DNA of 47,086 bases from Octopus bimaculoides (Eukaryota): positions 360,893 through 407,978 of the forward strand of contig NC_068990.1 in assembly GCF_001194135.2 (NCBI RefSeq), given 5' to 3'. Positions within the stretch are counted from its first letter, which is position 1. Each line of letters opens with the position of its first letter. The notes below the pieces were generated by a model. It saw only the letters and a list, made by a program, of their open reading frames with translations, had not been told where the DNA came from and searched no databases. Of this stretch, positions 11,596 through 24,010 are shown piece after piece. Both the position numbers and the translations under genes were made by a program.

Positions 11596-11759
11596 GTATA
11601 GTCGTCACTAAAGTGACAGAGGGTGATAGTGAGCACCAGCATTGCTAGAAATAAGAATGAAAACATCTCTTAGCCACTTGAGAGCACTTTTCTAACGACA
11701 GAGAAGGGAGGTAAGCGGGTGCTCACTAGCACACACCGTCACTTTTGTGACGACTATAC
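11596..11759. mobile_element. 164-bp MITE-like element with 42-bp TIRs
   Basis: GTATAGTCGTCACTAAAGTGACAGAGGGTGATAGTGAGCACC vs the reverse complement at 11718-11759. Confidence 0.75.
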
Positions 11760-11799
<40 letters not shown>

Positions 11800-12329
11800 T
11801 AATTTATGTATATATTAATATCATCTCAGTTTTAAAAAACCTTGACAATGTAAATATGTTAATAGTTACCATGGGTAGCAAAAATCACAAAAAAAAAACC
11901 AGAATATCACACCCGTTTTATAGGTAGAGATACCAAGTTAAAGCGATGCATTTTGAGTAGATATGAATAATAATAATAAATGGAGCAAAACGCATATAAA
12001 CAAAAGTTCCTTTAATTCCTACATATGTTTCAAAATATATGTGCACCCTACTCCAAAGAGGTGCTGGAATTGCACATATATTCATTGTCAGGGAACCAAC
12101 ATATAGAAGCAAGACAAATGCGAAATGATACGGTTACGTACGAGTTATTATATGGCTAAGTGAGTGACCGTTAGAAGCAAGAACGCTGATATTCTGTTCT
12201 CCAAGAATCGCCTAGTGAACCAGATAACACAGAGAGTGTATCGATGTCAGCACTGGCAGAGACATACCTTCATCTATTATCATTAATTCCATCCTTCCTA
12301 CTAGTTTAGGTTTTTAGGTATTATTATTA

Positions 12330-12384
<55 letters not shown>

Positions 12385-12579
12385 GTCTCTTCCTTTTTTT
12401 ATACCGAATGTCCTCTGAATAATATCTTTTAATATAATCTTAAATAATATCTATTTCTGCATCCATCGCCACTTGTCTTTTATTTTCCCCTTCTATAGTT
12501 GGTTAAGTAATTCCTTCCCAGTAACGCTACATTAGTTGTCCTTGTACCACTGGTAACTTTAACTAAATATACCTGATAA

Positions 12580-12700
12580 GCGCATCATACCATTAAGAGG
12601 ACCAAAATAATCAACATGTAACCATTGCCACGGTTTTTCTGGCTACTTACAGTGATATATAGATCTTGGCGTGTTTTGTCGTTGATATTGTTGACAAACC
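12580..12700 (-). pseudogene. Gypsy-type integrase fragment (end of zinc finger, start of catalytic core)
   Basis: CQQYQRQNTPRSIYHCK*PEKPWQWLHVDYFGPLNG matches the PW..LH.D..GP motif carrying the first catalytic Asp. Confidence 0.6.
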
Positions 12701-12739
12701 GTGGTTTAATATATTCAGATAAGACGAGAGAAGAAATGG

Positions 12740-12778
<39 letters not shown>

Positions 12779-12780
<2 letters not shown>

Positions 12781-12951
12781 TTTATTTAAAACCATCAGAA
12801 ATATAACAAAAGCTGTTACTCAGAGTTTCACGTTCCCGTTCGTCGGACAGTTTTGTTAAAACTGTCCGACGAATAAAGCATATTACTCTACATCTGGTAT
12901 TTGAGTACTCTTNNNNNNNNNNCACCTTTTTTCACATTTATGTGCTTACTC
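12779..12951. repeat. Head-to-head pair of a hammerhead-bearing short repeat
   Basis: Perfect hairpin TTCGTCGGACAGTTTT-GTT-AAAACTGTCCGACGAA (12839-12873) at the junction. The minus copy runs to AATAAAG at about 12779; the plus copy jumps from CCGACG to AATAAAG. Confidence 0.7.
12805..12857 (-). ncRNA. Type I hammerhead ribozyme-like motif (U4C variant)
   Basis: Minus strand: AACAAAACUGU-CCGACGA-ACG(GGAA)CGU-GAAA-CUC(U)GAG-UA-ACAG(C)UUUUGUU. 11-bp stem I with one bulge, 3-bp stem II, quasi-palindromic stem III and a GUA site. Confidence 0.75.
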
Positions 12952-12952
12952 C

Positions 12953-12989
<37 letters not shown>

Positions 12990-12993
<4 letters not shown>

Positions 12994-13298
12994 CAGCCTC
13001 AGGCCGGCCAAAGCCTTGTGAGTGAATTTCGTACTCGGAAACGGAAAGAAGACTATCGTATATAAATGTGTATATTTGTGTATTCGTGTGTGTCTGTGTT
13101 TGTACCCCCCCCCAACCATCGTTTGGCAACCGATGTTTCTGTGTTTACGTCCCCGTAACTTAGCGGTTTGGCAAAAGTCACCGATAGAATAAGCTTACTA
13201 GGCTTACAAAAAATAAGCTCTGAGGTTGATTTGTTCGACTAAAGGCGGTGCCTCAGCATGGCCGCAGCCACATGACAGAAACAAGTAAAGCAATAAAA
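12990..13298 (+). mobile_element. SINE family A, 5' truncated
   Basis: GGCCGGCCAAAGCCTTGTGAGTG...TTTACGTCCCCGTAACTTAGCGG...CGACTAAAGGCGGTGCCTCAGCATGGCCGCAG...GAAACAAGTAAA. Confidence 0.85.
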
Positions 13299-14012
13299 AA
13301 CGATGCCATTTAATCCAGAGCAACGCCGAGTATCTCTACTAGTCCTAGATATTTTATTTTAGATAGTTGGGTGAAATTTGTAATAGAGTTCACTGGCTGC
13401 TATTTCTAGCCGACCAACTGAGCGCCTACTGATTCCTTTTATAGAAGAATAAACTTGACCTGACGTTATGTACGTATGTCAACATATTACTAAATCGCTA
13501 GTTTTATAGCTCAGTAATTAAGTCCCGCCAGCTGTGATACATCGATTATTGTCCGTATAGGATGTTTATGTCACATCTTCAGTAATATAATTGATTATAT
13601 ATATTTAACAAACACAGTTGAGGTAATATTTATACTTACTCACATCCCTTCCTATCTGAACCCCCCCCCACCTATTGATTTTATGTATCGTTATTTACAA
13701 AGAAGCAATGAAACATTAATTGAAAGCTCTCCCTCTGTTCTTTAAAGTGCAATACGATGTTTTATTTTGATGACACGACAGCTTTCGCTTAGTTGCTTTG
13801 GCCAGACTGTTTTCCCCTTTATCTGAACAAAGGACTTTTGTGTTACCCAATGTAATATGAGTTATTAGTTATTGCTAGACTGGTATTCGAAATACATCGT
13901 TTACTGTAAACTTATTTATTTCTCAGTGCTTCTATTTTCTTTTACGTTACACACACACAAACACACGCACATGCATACGCGCACGCAGGCACAAACGCAC
14001 ACATGATATATA

Positions 14013-15560
14013 CGATGGTCCTGCGGAAGGTAATGCAAAAGTAAGCAAAACTTGGTACTACTTTGGCGTATGATCTACAACTTCAAGAGGCGGTTCCTTT
14101 AGATTAGTTTTTAGTTTCCTTTTGTTGCAAAACTCGCGGCTGTCAAATTTGTGCGATCTACGCGCTTATTCCGATTATTATATTGTTTATTCTTGGTTTC
14201 TTATTATCATTTAATAAAACATAAATGAAACATAGTTTTATTATTATTAAAACAGTAAGTATTTTGAAAAAAATACATTTACAATGCTAAGTATGTACAA
14301 AAGAATTTATTATAAAAATCTGTAGCGAACATCTTAAATCTTTTTAGAAATTGAAAAGTAAACAAAAAAGTAACCTAAGATAATCGCCCTTTAGGTTGTA
14401 GATCACACGCCGAAATAGCACCCAAAACGCTATGTACTGACAAATTGCACATGTTGATAAAGTAACTCTTCGCCTTGATCTTCACTGAAGGCAGATGATG
14501 ACTTCGAAGTAGAAGCAGCGTACCATCAATGAATTCTTTTCAAAAGAGGGTTGCAGATAAGTCCAACACACATAGACAGTTACAGGTTGTTTAATGGATA
14601 TAACATCACTGACAAAAGCAATGTATACATGTATAGATGGATTTTAAAGTTGGGGAATACAGCGTTGGAGACAACCACGCAGTGGGGGATTATCAATATG
14701 ATCACTGGCGCGAATCACCAGCGAAAGAACAAATTGGTTCGTGCAGACAGGCGAGTCAATCAATAAACTTGTTGCACGACTGGATTGTGGTCACTAAGCA
14801 TTGCAGATGATGGTAGAAAACTTTGCTATGAGAAAAATGAAAGCACAGCGGGTATTCGGCAGCCGACAGTAGTTTGGAGAGTAAGTAGAAGTCCTCTCTG
14901 ATCAGTTGGAAGCATTTGAAATCAGAAAAAGCATGACTTTTTCCCCCGATCTTGTGGCAAGGGCCATATCTTCATGATTCAGAAACGAAGGCCCAGTCTA
15001 TGGAATACCATAACACCTCTTCTCCAAGGCCTAAGACATTCAAGAGCAAGCGATCGACACAGAAAGTCATGGGTGACAAGTGCCCTGATTCTCCTTGATT
15101 TTCTGGAACGTGACCGCATCGGGAACAGCGAGCGGTTCGTTGAAATACTAAAGAAACTTAGACAAGCCGTAAAGTAGGAAGAGACCGAACAAAATTCAGA
15201 AAACTATCTACATTTACAGTAACAATTTGCGACTACGCACAAATCTTGGCAACTGATCAATCAATTCGCAAATTGCTCGGGGAACCACTTCGCGGCCCAA
15301 ATCTAGCGCTCTACGACTTCTACCCGTTAAATCCAACGAAAAACAATCTTCAAGAACAACGATTATGTGACACAGAAAAGATGAAAACGATTGCGAAAAA
15401 GTAGGTGCAGCAGCGTACACCAGAATGTTTTCAAAGAGGGTTTGCTAGTTGGATTCAATGATAGTGCAAATGCATCGTTTGTGATGGAGACTATGCAGAA
15501 TTGTACTTTAGTATAAAGGAAGATTAACTTAGCAATTTGTGCAGTTTGACCGACCTGTGT
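14013..15560 (+). mobile_element. Old, heavily decayed mariner-like transposon
   Basis: Fragmented transposase at about 14495-15510: HDSETKAQSMEYHNTSSPRPK, LILLDFLE...ILKKLRQAV, PNLALYDF, and a C-terminal KCIVCDGDYAE. The TIRs are poorly preserved. Confidence 0.75.
14052..14422. mobile_element. MITE-like insertion inside the mariner 5' region
   Basis: Arms GGCGTATGATCTACAACTTCAAGAGGCGG... (from about 14065) and ...CGCCCTTTAGGTTGTAGATCACACGCC (to about 14411). A possible flanking CAAAAC duplication lies at 14046-14051 and 14423-14428. Confidence 0.55.
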
Positions 15561-15614
15561 CTCTTAAGTAAACGTTACGTCAACTTTTGCATTAATTTTG
15601 ATAAACTTCGTGTA

Positions 15615-15778
15615 TGTGCATGTTTCTGTGCGTGCGTGTGTGCAAGTCTCTATGTGTGTGTGTGCGAGTCTGTGTGTGTGCGAGTCTGTGTGTGTGTGTG
15701 TGCGTGCGTGTGTGCAAGTCTCTGTGTGTGTGTGTGCGAGTCTGTGTGTGTGTGTGCGTGCGTGTGTGCAAGTCTCTA

Positions 15779-15810
<32 letters not shown>

Positions 15811-15858
15811 TGTGTGTGCGTGTGTGTGCGTGCGTGTGTGTGCGTGCGTGTGTGCGTA
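15615..15858. repeat. GT-microsatellite-derived minisatellite (GCGTGTGTGCAAGTCTCT / GCGAGTCT motifs)
   Basis: Read directly from the sequence. Confidence 0.85.
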
Positions 15859-15969
15859 CTAGTATATCTGTGCCATAAAAAGTGAAGACGTTTTAAAAGA
15901 AATAAACACAAAATGGCATCTAATAAGTTCATCGACACAACATCACTGTATCGACAAAGCGATCGGATG

Positions 15970-16231
15970 TTGTCAAGCACCGCTGGTCACAATGCGCTTT
16001 CTCGCATTGTTTTAGGTTTTGAATGATACAACTTTGCTGGCCAGTTGAGCCGGCCAGCATTCATCTTAGACGGGATGTCAGTTTGTCGCAGGGTTACTCA
16101 TTTACAACTGAGTGGACTGGAACAACGTGAAATGAAATGTCTTGCTCTAGAGCACAACGCTGGTCAAGGGATGAGACCATGATCTTGCAATCATGAGCGC
16201 AACACCCTACCATTAGGCCACACGCCTTCAC
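15970..16231 (-). mobile_element. tRNA-derived SINE, family C (CORE-like)
   Basis: Minus-strand head GTGAAGGCGTGTGGCCTAATGGTAGGGTGTTG followed by TGTGCTCTAGAGCAAGACATTTCATTTCACGTTGTTCCAGTCCACTCAG. Confidence 0.7.
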
Positions 16232-16274
16232 CGACGTAGCATGCATTCCATATGTTTGGTATAGACTTATATAG

Positions 16275-16316
<42 letters not shown>

Positions 16317-16393
16317 CTTAGAACGATTGAATCCAAAGAGAATCAAATACGAGAGAATTTTTTTATATGAATGGTTTTAATATTGGTTTGAGA

Positions 16394-16712
16394 TAAGGCA
16401 GAGAGCTGGCAGAATCGTTAGCACTCCCGACAAAATGTTTAGAGTTATTTCGCACACGTTTACGTTCTGAGTTCAAATTCTACCGAGGTCGACTTTGACT
16501 TTTATCCTTTCGGGCTCGATAAAATAAGAAGCAGTTGAATACCGGAGTCGTTGTAATCGACTTACCGTTCCCGGAAATTACTGGTCTTGTGTCAAAAGTT
16601 GAAACCAATTCTTAACTGAGATAAGTCGACGAGGTGGCAGAATCGTTAGAACTTCGGGCGAAACGCTTCGCGGTATTTCGTCCGTCTTTTCGTTCTGAGT
16701 TCAAATTCCGCC
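16394..16712 (+). mobile_element. Two tandem SINE family B copies (16394-16609 complete; 16621-16712 head only)
   Basis: Both start (GAGCT/GAGGT)GGCAGAATCGTTAG and carry the B-box-like TCTGAGTTCAAATTC. Confidence 0.85.
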
Positions 16713-17285
16713 AATATTTTATTGAGGCGAAAAGAATAAAAATTTCTTATTTAATTGTTAAAGATTTCTCCAACTAGTATTTTTTAATAAATCAGTGAGC
16801 TTGCACCGCGAAAAATTACAGCGATTCATATATATGTATATTAAAAAGTTATTGATACTTGAGTTATACCAATGAATGCGGAGAAAGTCTGCGAAATTTA
16901 CTGACCACACTTCGGTTTATATCACCGACAAAATCCTTTGAACATTTTCGTACATAAAAGAAGTTGAATTCGTGGCCTTTTCGTTAGTTCGCTGACTGAT
17001 CTTCGTGATGAACAAAATTAAGCAAACAATAAATACAAATTAAAAATTTATCGGGATAAAAAATTACTTATGTGTGTAAAACTTTTTTCAGTGTGGGGCA
17101 AAAAAGACGCCGCTTCTCTTTCATATCTCTCTTTCTGCCACTATTACACTTTAGTGGATTAGAAATGACATACATATACATACATACATACATACATACA
17201 TACATACACGCATCACGTGTACACACTCCTATCTATACACATAATTAAACGCTTATGTATATAAACATATATTCAAATGTATATA

Positions 17286-18226
17286 TGTCGTGTCGACGCC
17301 CCCAGACGAAGAAGTAGGATCTCCCAAGACATATAAATAGAGGTAGTCTGGCCGCGGTAGGAGTGTTGAGTAGCAGTCGAGTAGCAGTTGTGTAGCAGTC
17401 GAGTAGCAGTCGAGTAGCAGTCGAGTAGCAGTTGTGTAGCAGTCGAGTAGCAGTCGAGTAGCAGTTGTGTAGCAGTCGAGTAGGNNNNNNNNNNNNNNNN
17501 NNNNNNNNNNNNNNNNNNNNNNNNNNNNNNNNNNNNNNNNNNNNNNNNNNNNNNNNNNNNNNNNNNNNNNNNNNNNNNNNNNNNNNNNNNNNNNNNNNNN
17601 NNNNNNNNNNNNNNNNNNNNNNNNNNNNNNNNNNNNNNNNNNNNNNNNNNNNNNNNNNNNNNNNNNNNNNNNNNNNNNNNNNNNNNNNNNNNNNNNNNNN
17701 NNNNNNNNNNNNNNNNNNNNNNNNNNNNNNNNNNNNNNNNNNNNNNNNNNNNNNNNNNNNNNNNNNNNNNNNNNNNNNNNNNNNNNNNNNNNNNNNNNNN
17801 NNNNNNNNNNNNNNNNNNNNNNNNNNNNNNNNNNNNNNNNNNNNNNNNNNNNNNNNNNNNNNNNNNNNNNNNNNNNNNNNNNNNNNNNNNNNNNNNNNNN
17901 NNNNNNNNNNNNNNNNNNNNNNNNNNNNNNNNNNNNNNNNNNNNNNNNNNNNNNNNNNNNNNNNNNNNNNNNNNNNNNNNNNNNNNNNNNNNNNNNNNNN
18001 NNNNNNNNNNNNNNNNNNNNNNNNNNNNNNNNNNNNAGCAGTTGTGTAGCAGTCGAGTAGCAGTCGAGTAGCAGTCGAGTAGCAGTTGTGTAGCAGTCGA
18101 GTAGCAGTCGAGTAGCAGTCGAGTAGCAGTTGTGTAGCAGTCGAGTAGCAGTCGAGTAGCAGTTGTGTAGCAGTCGAGTAGGGACCATCCGGAGGTGCTA
18201 GATAGCAGTAGCGCTGAGACATAACA
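17286..18226. mobile_element. Solo-LTR candidate with an internal 11-bp minisatellite; spans a gap
   Basis: TGTCGTG...ATAACA termini and identical ATATA flanks (17281-17285, 18227-18231). TATAAATAG lies near 17333. GTAGCAGTCGA/GTAGCAGTTGT units occur on both sides of the gap. Confidence 0.5.
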
Positions 18227-18252
18227 ATATACATATGACTTATCACAATAGT

Positions 18253-18297
<45 letters not shown>

Positions 18298-18317
18298 GTA
18301 GATAACGAAGTGCAGTA

Positions 18318-18355
<38 letters not shown>

Positions 18356-18376
18356 ATATGAGTATATTTATATATA

Positions 18377-19605
18377 CACAGACATGACAAATAAATAAAC
18401 ACCCTTATAATCATTAAAATTTATTTAAATCTGAAATCATGCATTCAAATTGTTTACTAATTGTTGTAATGTGAATATTTAAAATTTAGTAGGTGTGCCC
18501 TTTGTATTTTTCAATGCAAGGACCCTATTAGACATATTACTGATCAGATGACGAATATTCGCTTGCAGAATTTGTTGCCAAGTTTCGTGCAGTAATCTTA
18601 AAAGATCTGACTTTGAAGATGCTTTCTTGTTCTTTTTATCAAGTGTCCTGTCCATTATGTCTCAGAGGTGTTCAACAGGCTTCATATTTGGTGACTGGCT
18701 TGGACATGGAAGCTTTTTAATGCCATTCTCATCCAAAACATCTTGGGTCATTTTAGTGGTGTGACAAGGAGCCCCATCTTCCATAAATAAAGAGTCTTCT
18801 TTAATCATTTCGCCACTGGAGAAAATTGGAAGGAAGTCTTTCTGCAATATGGACACATATTTATCTGAATTTATGTTTCCCTCAAACTCCACCAGCTCTG
18901 ATCAAACAATTGCTCCAAATTGCTCCCAAGACCATTACAGAATAGCCGCCGTGTTTCATTGCTGGCTGCAATCTTTTCACATCAAATTCTTGATCACAGA
19001 GTCTCCAGACCCATACTCAACTACTGTCAGGAAATATACCAAATCTGGACTCATCAGAGAATATGACAGTGTACCAAAATACTAGTGGTCTCTCCACTAT
19101 CTCACTGGCCCAATCTTTTCTCCGCTTGATGTTGGCTGGTTGAAGAAGTGGCTTCCTTCTTGCTGCTCTGCCATAGTAACCAAGTTTGAGGAGATACCTG
19201 ACAGCTGTTCTCAGACTGACATCAAATTGTTCTGCTACGTCAGGGGCCTTGCAACAAGGATTATCCTCCTCACTTCTCTTAACAAAGAGAAGGGTCCTGG
19301 GAGAGGTGATGAGGACTCCTTCCCCTCTCTGGTGAATTGCACAATCGTTCTATTAACTGTAGAAAGCGGGATCCCAAGGTTTTCTGCGATTTTACGCTGG
19401 CTATGTCCCCATTCAGATTGACCCACAATACGGCTTCTTTGAAATTCAGAGAGTTCCAAGGCTTCTTTTGTACATGACATGATTAAACAGTCACATATAA
19501 AACCTGAAACGTAAAAATGGCAATAAAAAATATATACCATTACAAATTGAAATAAACATAAAACGATGTTTTATGGCGTGTCTATTTACTTCTGTCATGT
19601 CTTCG
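18377..19605 (-). mobile_element. Second Tc1-family transposon, decayed
   Basis: TA-flanked TIRs CACAGACATGACAAATAAATAAACACCC and CGAAGACATGACAGAAGTAAATAGACACGC, similar to those of the 3886-5133 element. Confidence 0.88.
18479..19480 (-). pseudogene. Tc1 transposase pseudogene
   Basis: [63 protein letters not shown] and KGTPTKF. Multiple stops and indels. Confidence 0.9.
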
Positions 19606-20604
19606 TATAAGTATACTACATATGAGCATATGATTTATACATATACATATGTATGTATATAGTTAAGTATACAAGTACATATACATATGTATATATATTT
19701 AAGTATATATCTTTATATATATATACGTGTAGTTATGCGTATAAATAGGAGTGTGTACACGCGAGTGTGTGTATGTATGTATGTATGTGTGTGTGTGTGT
19801 GTGTGTGTGTGCGCGTGTGTGTGTGTGTGTGTGTGTGAGTGTGTGCATATATGTATATGTAGACTGGCGGATGGATGCTTATCTAGATTTATATATGCTT
19901 GTATATCCATGTATGTGTGCATGCATATATATCGAAAAAACAAAACGCAGAAGAAAAAAAAACAAACAAACAACTGTGATCTAGTTTTTGTTTACTGCCT
20001 TTAAAGATTTCTTTTCCTTTCATTTATGCGCTTCTCTGGAACATTAAAGTCTTTTGTTTGCAGAAAGTAAAGATCCTACGCCCATCAATGATTCTAAACC
20101 TTCACAGTTTTACCTTTTAAGGTAAAGCGTTCGACCTTACTCCTGTGCTACTGCTGTTTCATATATTAACAGGCAGGAGCAACACAACTGGTGCGTAGTT
20201 AGCATGCAATGGCAACATTAGTATCTTGTCTGTACTATTGATTGACCGATGTTCTCGTTCGACAGTTTCAAAGTGGATTTTCCCCACCTTGTGAAGAGTG
20301 TACATGTGTACCATTAATATATGTTGTGTACCAATAATAGAGATTACGTCATTAAACTGCCTTACCTTGCTAAGGGATGACGGTGGTGGGAGAATCTTAG
20401 AAATGTTGAGGGGATCTGAGAGTTTTTGAAGTTCCGAACAAACTGTAAATGAAATCGTTAGGATATAATAATCAAAAATCGTGACGATGCTGATTAAACA
20501 ATGATAATAAACTAGATTAGGAAGGTATTTTAGCGCTGTCAGTACGTTTAGAAGAAAGGTTGTTTCTTCACTATGTAAACGTGTGTACATGCTACGTGTA
20601 TATT

Positions 20605-20845
20605 TGTATGTGTGTGTGTGTGTGTGTGTGCGCGCGCGCGCGCGCGCGTGTGTGTAGTGTGTGTGTAGTGTGTGTGTGTGTGTAGTGTGTGTGTGTGTGT
20701 GTAGTGTGTGTGTGTGTGTGTAGTGTGTGTGTGTGTGTAGTGTGTGTGTGTGTAGTGTGTGTGTGTGTAGTGTGTGTGTGTACTGTGTGTGTGTGTGTGT
20801 AGTGTGTGTGTGTGTAGTGTGTGTGTGTGTGTAGTGTGTGTGGGT
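20605..20845. repeat. (GT)n/(GC)n microsatellite with periodic TAG interruptions
   Basis: Read directly from the sequence. Confidence 0.9.
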
Positions 20846-21414
20846 ACACAAAATTATTACACGCCTGTTTCTCTGACATCACACATCAGCAAGTCATGGG
20901 ACGCGTTGTCAAAGTGAAGCTAAAAAGAATATTACTCACGGACTCGGCACCAAAGCCTCCGCCAAGGAATGAACAATATCGCATAGGGCCCACAACTTTA
21001 CGGTTGGGTACTTTAACAGTAACTCAGTCACTCAAATATAAATGTTATCTCGAATGAGCGAAAGTCTTCAATAAAGATGTGCACGGAATGATATGTCTTA
21101 TGTAGTTAGTGTCATTAGAATAGTTGGAAAAACTAGGGGACCAGCTGCACGACTTTTTAAATTGCTTCCTTGAAATGCTCGGAGACATATTAGCCTACGC
21201 GATCATCGCGTACACGATAGATGCGTTATTCGATTCCCGAAGATAATAATTTTTTTTCCTGTTCTCTAGTATTAATAAACCTAAAAGTTGTGCTTATATT
21301 ATTTAAAAAATCACTCGCTTTAGCGCAGCAAAAACCAGTATAAGCTCCGGCCTAATGGGCCTTAAGGATGAAGGCAAGCTTTTACGTTTTTAATATATAA
21401 GTATAATGCCGAAA

Positions 21415-21665
21415 CCGGGGAGCTGGCAGAATTGTTTTAGTATCGGATAACTTGCTTTGTGATATTAGTCCGTAATTGATTTAACCACTCACCACAAAAT
21501 TACTGGCCTCGTCCCTAAATTAGTAACCTTACCTAAAGGCAGTGAATTGGCAGAATTGTTAGAGCATCGGATACAGTGCCATGCGGCATTCATTTCGACT
21601 CTTTGCATCTTGATTTCAAATTTCGCCCAAGTCAACTTTACCTTTTATCCATGTTGATAAAGTAG
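21415..21665 (+). mobile_element. Two decayed SINE family B fragments
   Basis: GAGCTGGCAGAATTG and GAATTGGCAGAATTGTTAG heads; AAGTCAACTTTACCTTTTATCC body. Confidence 0.65.
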
Positions 21666-21941
21666 ATTAATTTGGTTTATATTCATTTTCAACTTGTAAA
21701 ATAATCTAGCATCTAAATTTTGCCACTCGTCTCTCACTCGACTAAAAGTGAATATTCTCGGACACATATAGGATGACACTATCCATTTTTGTAAGCGCAG
21801 AAAAGTGACTGGTGGTGCATCTGAGAAGTAATTGCTTATGTACGCCAATAAAACTTTGAGTAATGTAGGTCTGAGTTATCTTATCAGATACTTTTAAATT
21901 TTCCGGCATGAGTTGAACGCTATTTTCTTTCATTTGTTTAG

Positions 21942-22013
<72 letters not shown>

Positions 22014-22156
22014 ACATACACACGCACACAGTTCAAATTTACAGAAAGCAAAAGACAAACACAGCTGAGGGAACAACAAGCAAATGTATTAGTTTGACGC
22101 TTAGGAAAATTGAAAAGTCTTTGACGTTTTGATCCTACGCTCTTCGACTGATATGG

Positions 22157-22204
<48 letters not shown>

Positions 22205-22716
22205 ATAAAAGTTCAAGATTCAAGTGAACTAGGTCCTTAAATAATAGAGCACCAAGGTCGGCTATCACGTACAAAACAGAATTTGAGGAACATTTACGTA
22301 CTTACCGAAGTAAACACAGATCTATATTCCAGAATATACCAGAATAAATTAGAATTTAATTATATTTTAAAATATAGGTATACACCTTTCCGGTTTCACA
22401 TTCGATTTTCAGAAGTGTAAAGCTTATAGAGTTGTGACACAAATTATGTCTATTCTGGCCATTGTTATAAAAATAGTTTGTTTTTGAAGCGGTGGTGTGG
22501 CTCAGAACGCTATCCATTAGCGTACAAATTGATTCAGTTAACGTTCATATATTAAGTTTATTTGGCAGTCGCGTGAGAAGATCACATAAAAGCTTTTCTT
22601 CGTGTCATGTGAGAGTCAGAAAAGACATCCATGAATAAGTGATTGTTTATACAAAAGTGTTATAGATAATTATTGTTTGTTATTTTATCGAGGAATAATG
22701 TTTTCAATTAGTGTTA

Positions 22717-24010
22717 TGAGGGGTGTTCATTAACGATTTCCCCTGATCCACTTCCGATTGTTGCAGGAAATGGAACTTGTACAAGTATAATCATACATGC
22801 CTCTACATGACACATTGTAAATTGCAGCTTTCCACTAGAATTCGTTTGTCTTCTACGGCTGCTGAAGTGGACTGAGGTGTTATAATGGAGGCAGTTGAAT
22901 GCAGATCAGTGATCAGGTTCTTTATACTTGGAAGGTCGTACACCAAAAGAGACTTTTGATGAGATAAAAGAAGTTTATGGTGACGATATACCATTATATG
23001 ACGTAGTCAAGCACTGGCATTGCCAGTTCAAATGTGGTCAGATATCTGTGGAAACTGCTCTTATTCCTGAACAACCTCATTCCGCTATTGATGACGACAC
23101 CATCCATAAAGTGGAAGCCGCCATTTTGGAAGATCATCGCATGACTATTCAGCAACTAGTCCAAGAAGTGAAGATAAGTGTAGGGTCCGTGGAAAAAAAA
23201 ACCATTCACGACCATTTGCATATGCAGAAGTAGTCTGCACGATGGATTCCCTGGATGCTCACACCTTTTCAGAAGTAGGAACGAGTCAATTGCTCCCAGG
23301 CTCTTTTGGCAATGTGCCAAGAAAATGAGGAGGACGTTTTTGGTAGACTTATCACATAGGATGAAACATGGGACCATCACTATGATCCTGAGACTAAAGT
23401 CCAGTCAAAGCAATGGGAGCATGATAACTCACCACCTCTAAAGAAGGCTCATGTTCAACCCTCAGCAAGGAAGGTGACGCTCACAGTCGTATGGGACCAG
23501 CACGGAGTAGTGACGATGGATTTTCTGGCAAAGCGCACCACAATTAACAGGGCATATTATGCTTCTTTGCTGCAGAAATTGCGGGACACCATCAAAGCAG
23601 AAGGGCGTGATGTATTGACCAAAGGAGTTCGCCTCCAAGACAACGTCCTAGTTCACAATGCGCATGTTGCCCACATGAAAGCACACTCCTGTGACTATGA
23701 AATCCTTCCTCACCCCCTTAGCCTCCCGACCTCGTACCATCTTACTTCCACCTCTTTCTAACCATGAAGTCTTTTCTGAAGGTGAAGCACTTTTCGGATA
23801 ATGATGAACTTATTTCTGAGCTAAAGCCTTGGCTCCAGACGTAACCTACCGACTTCTACAGACGAGGTCTTCACAGCTGCATAAAGCGACGAGAGAAATG
23901 TGTCACCATTGGTGGTAGCTATGTAGTAAAGGACTAATAATTATGCCAAGTTTCGTTTATCCCAGTCCTTGGGAAGTGGGTCAGGGATAATCTTTAATGA
24001 ACAATCTTCG
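22717..24010 (+). mobile_element. mariner-family transposon, full length, decayed
   Basis: TIRs TGAGGGGTGTTCATTAACGATTTCCCTGATCCACTTCC and the reverse-complement CGAAGATTGTTCATTAAAGATTATCCCTGACCCACTTCC. TA on the left flank; CA (probably a mutated TA) on the right. Confidence 0.9.
22885..23937 (+). pseudogene. mariner transposase pseudogene (DD34D type)
   Basis: MEAVECRSVIRF, WIPWML, DETWDHHYDPETKVQSKQW, LQDNVLVHNA and LPHPLSLPD-like motifs; stops and frameshifts. Confidence 0.9.

Noticed and set aside
20050-20580. Possible Helitron/PIF1 helicase relic on the minus strand (ILPPPSSLSKV...)
   Set aside because: Resemblance to LPPH.L.LKVG is weak and the later helicase motifs are not recoverable by eye; a profile search is needed.
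20880-21140. Possible RTE-type APE start (TLRLGTLTV)
   Set aside because: A single short motif with no convincing downstream APE motifs.
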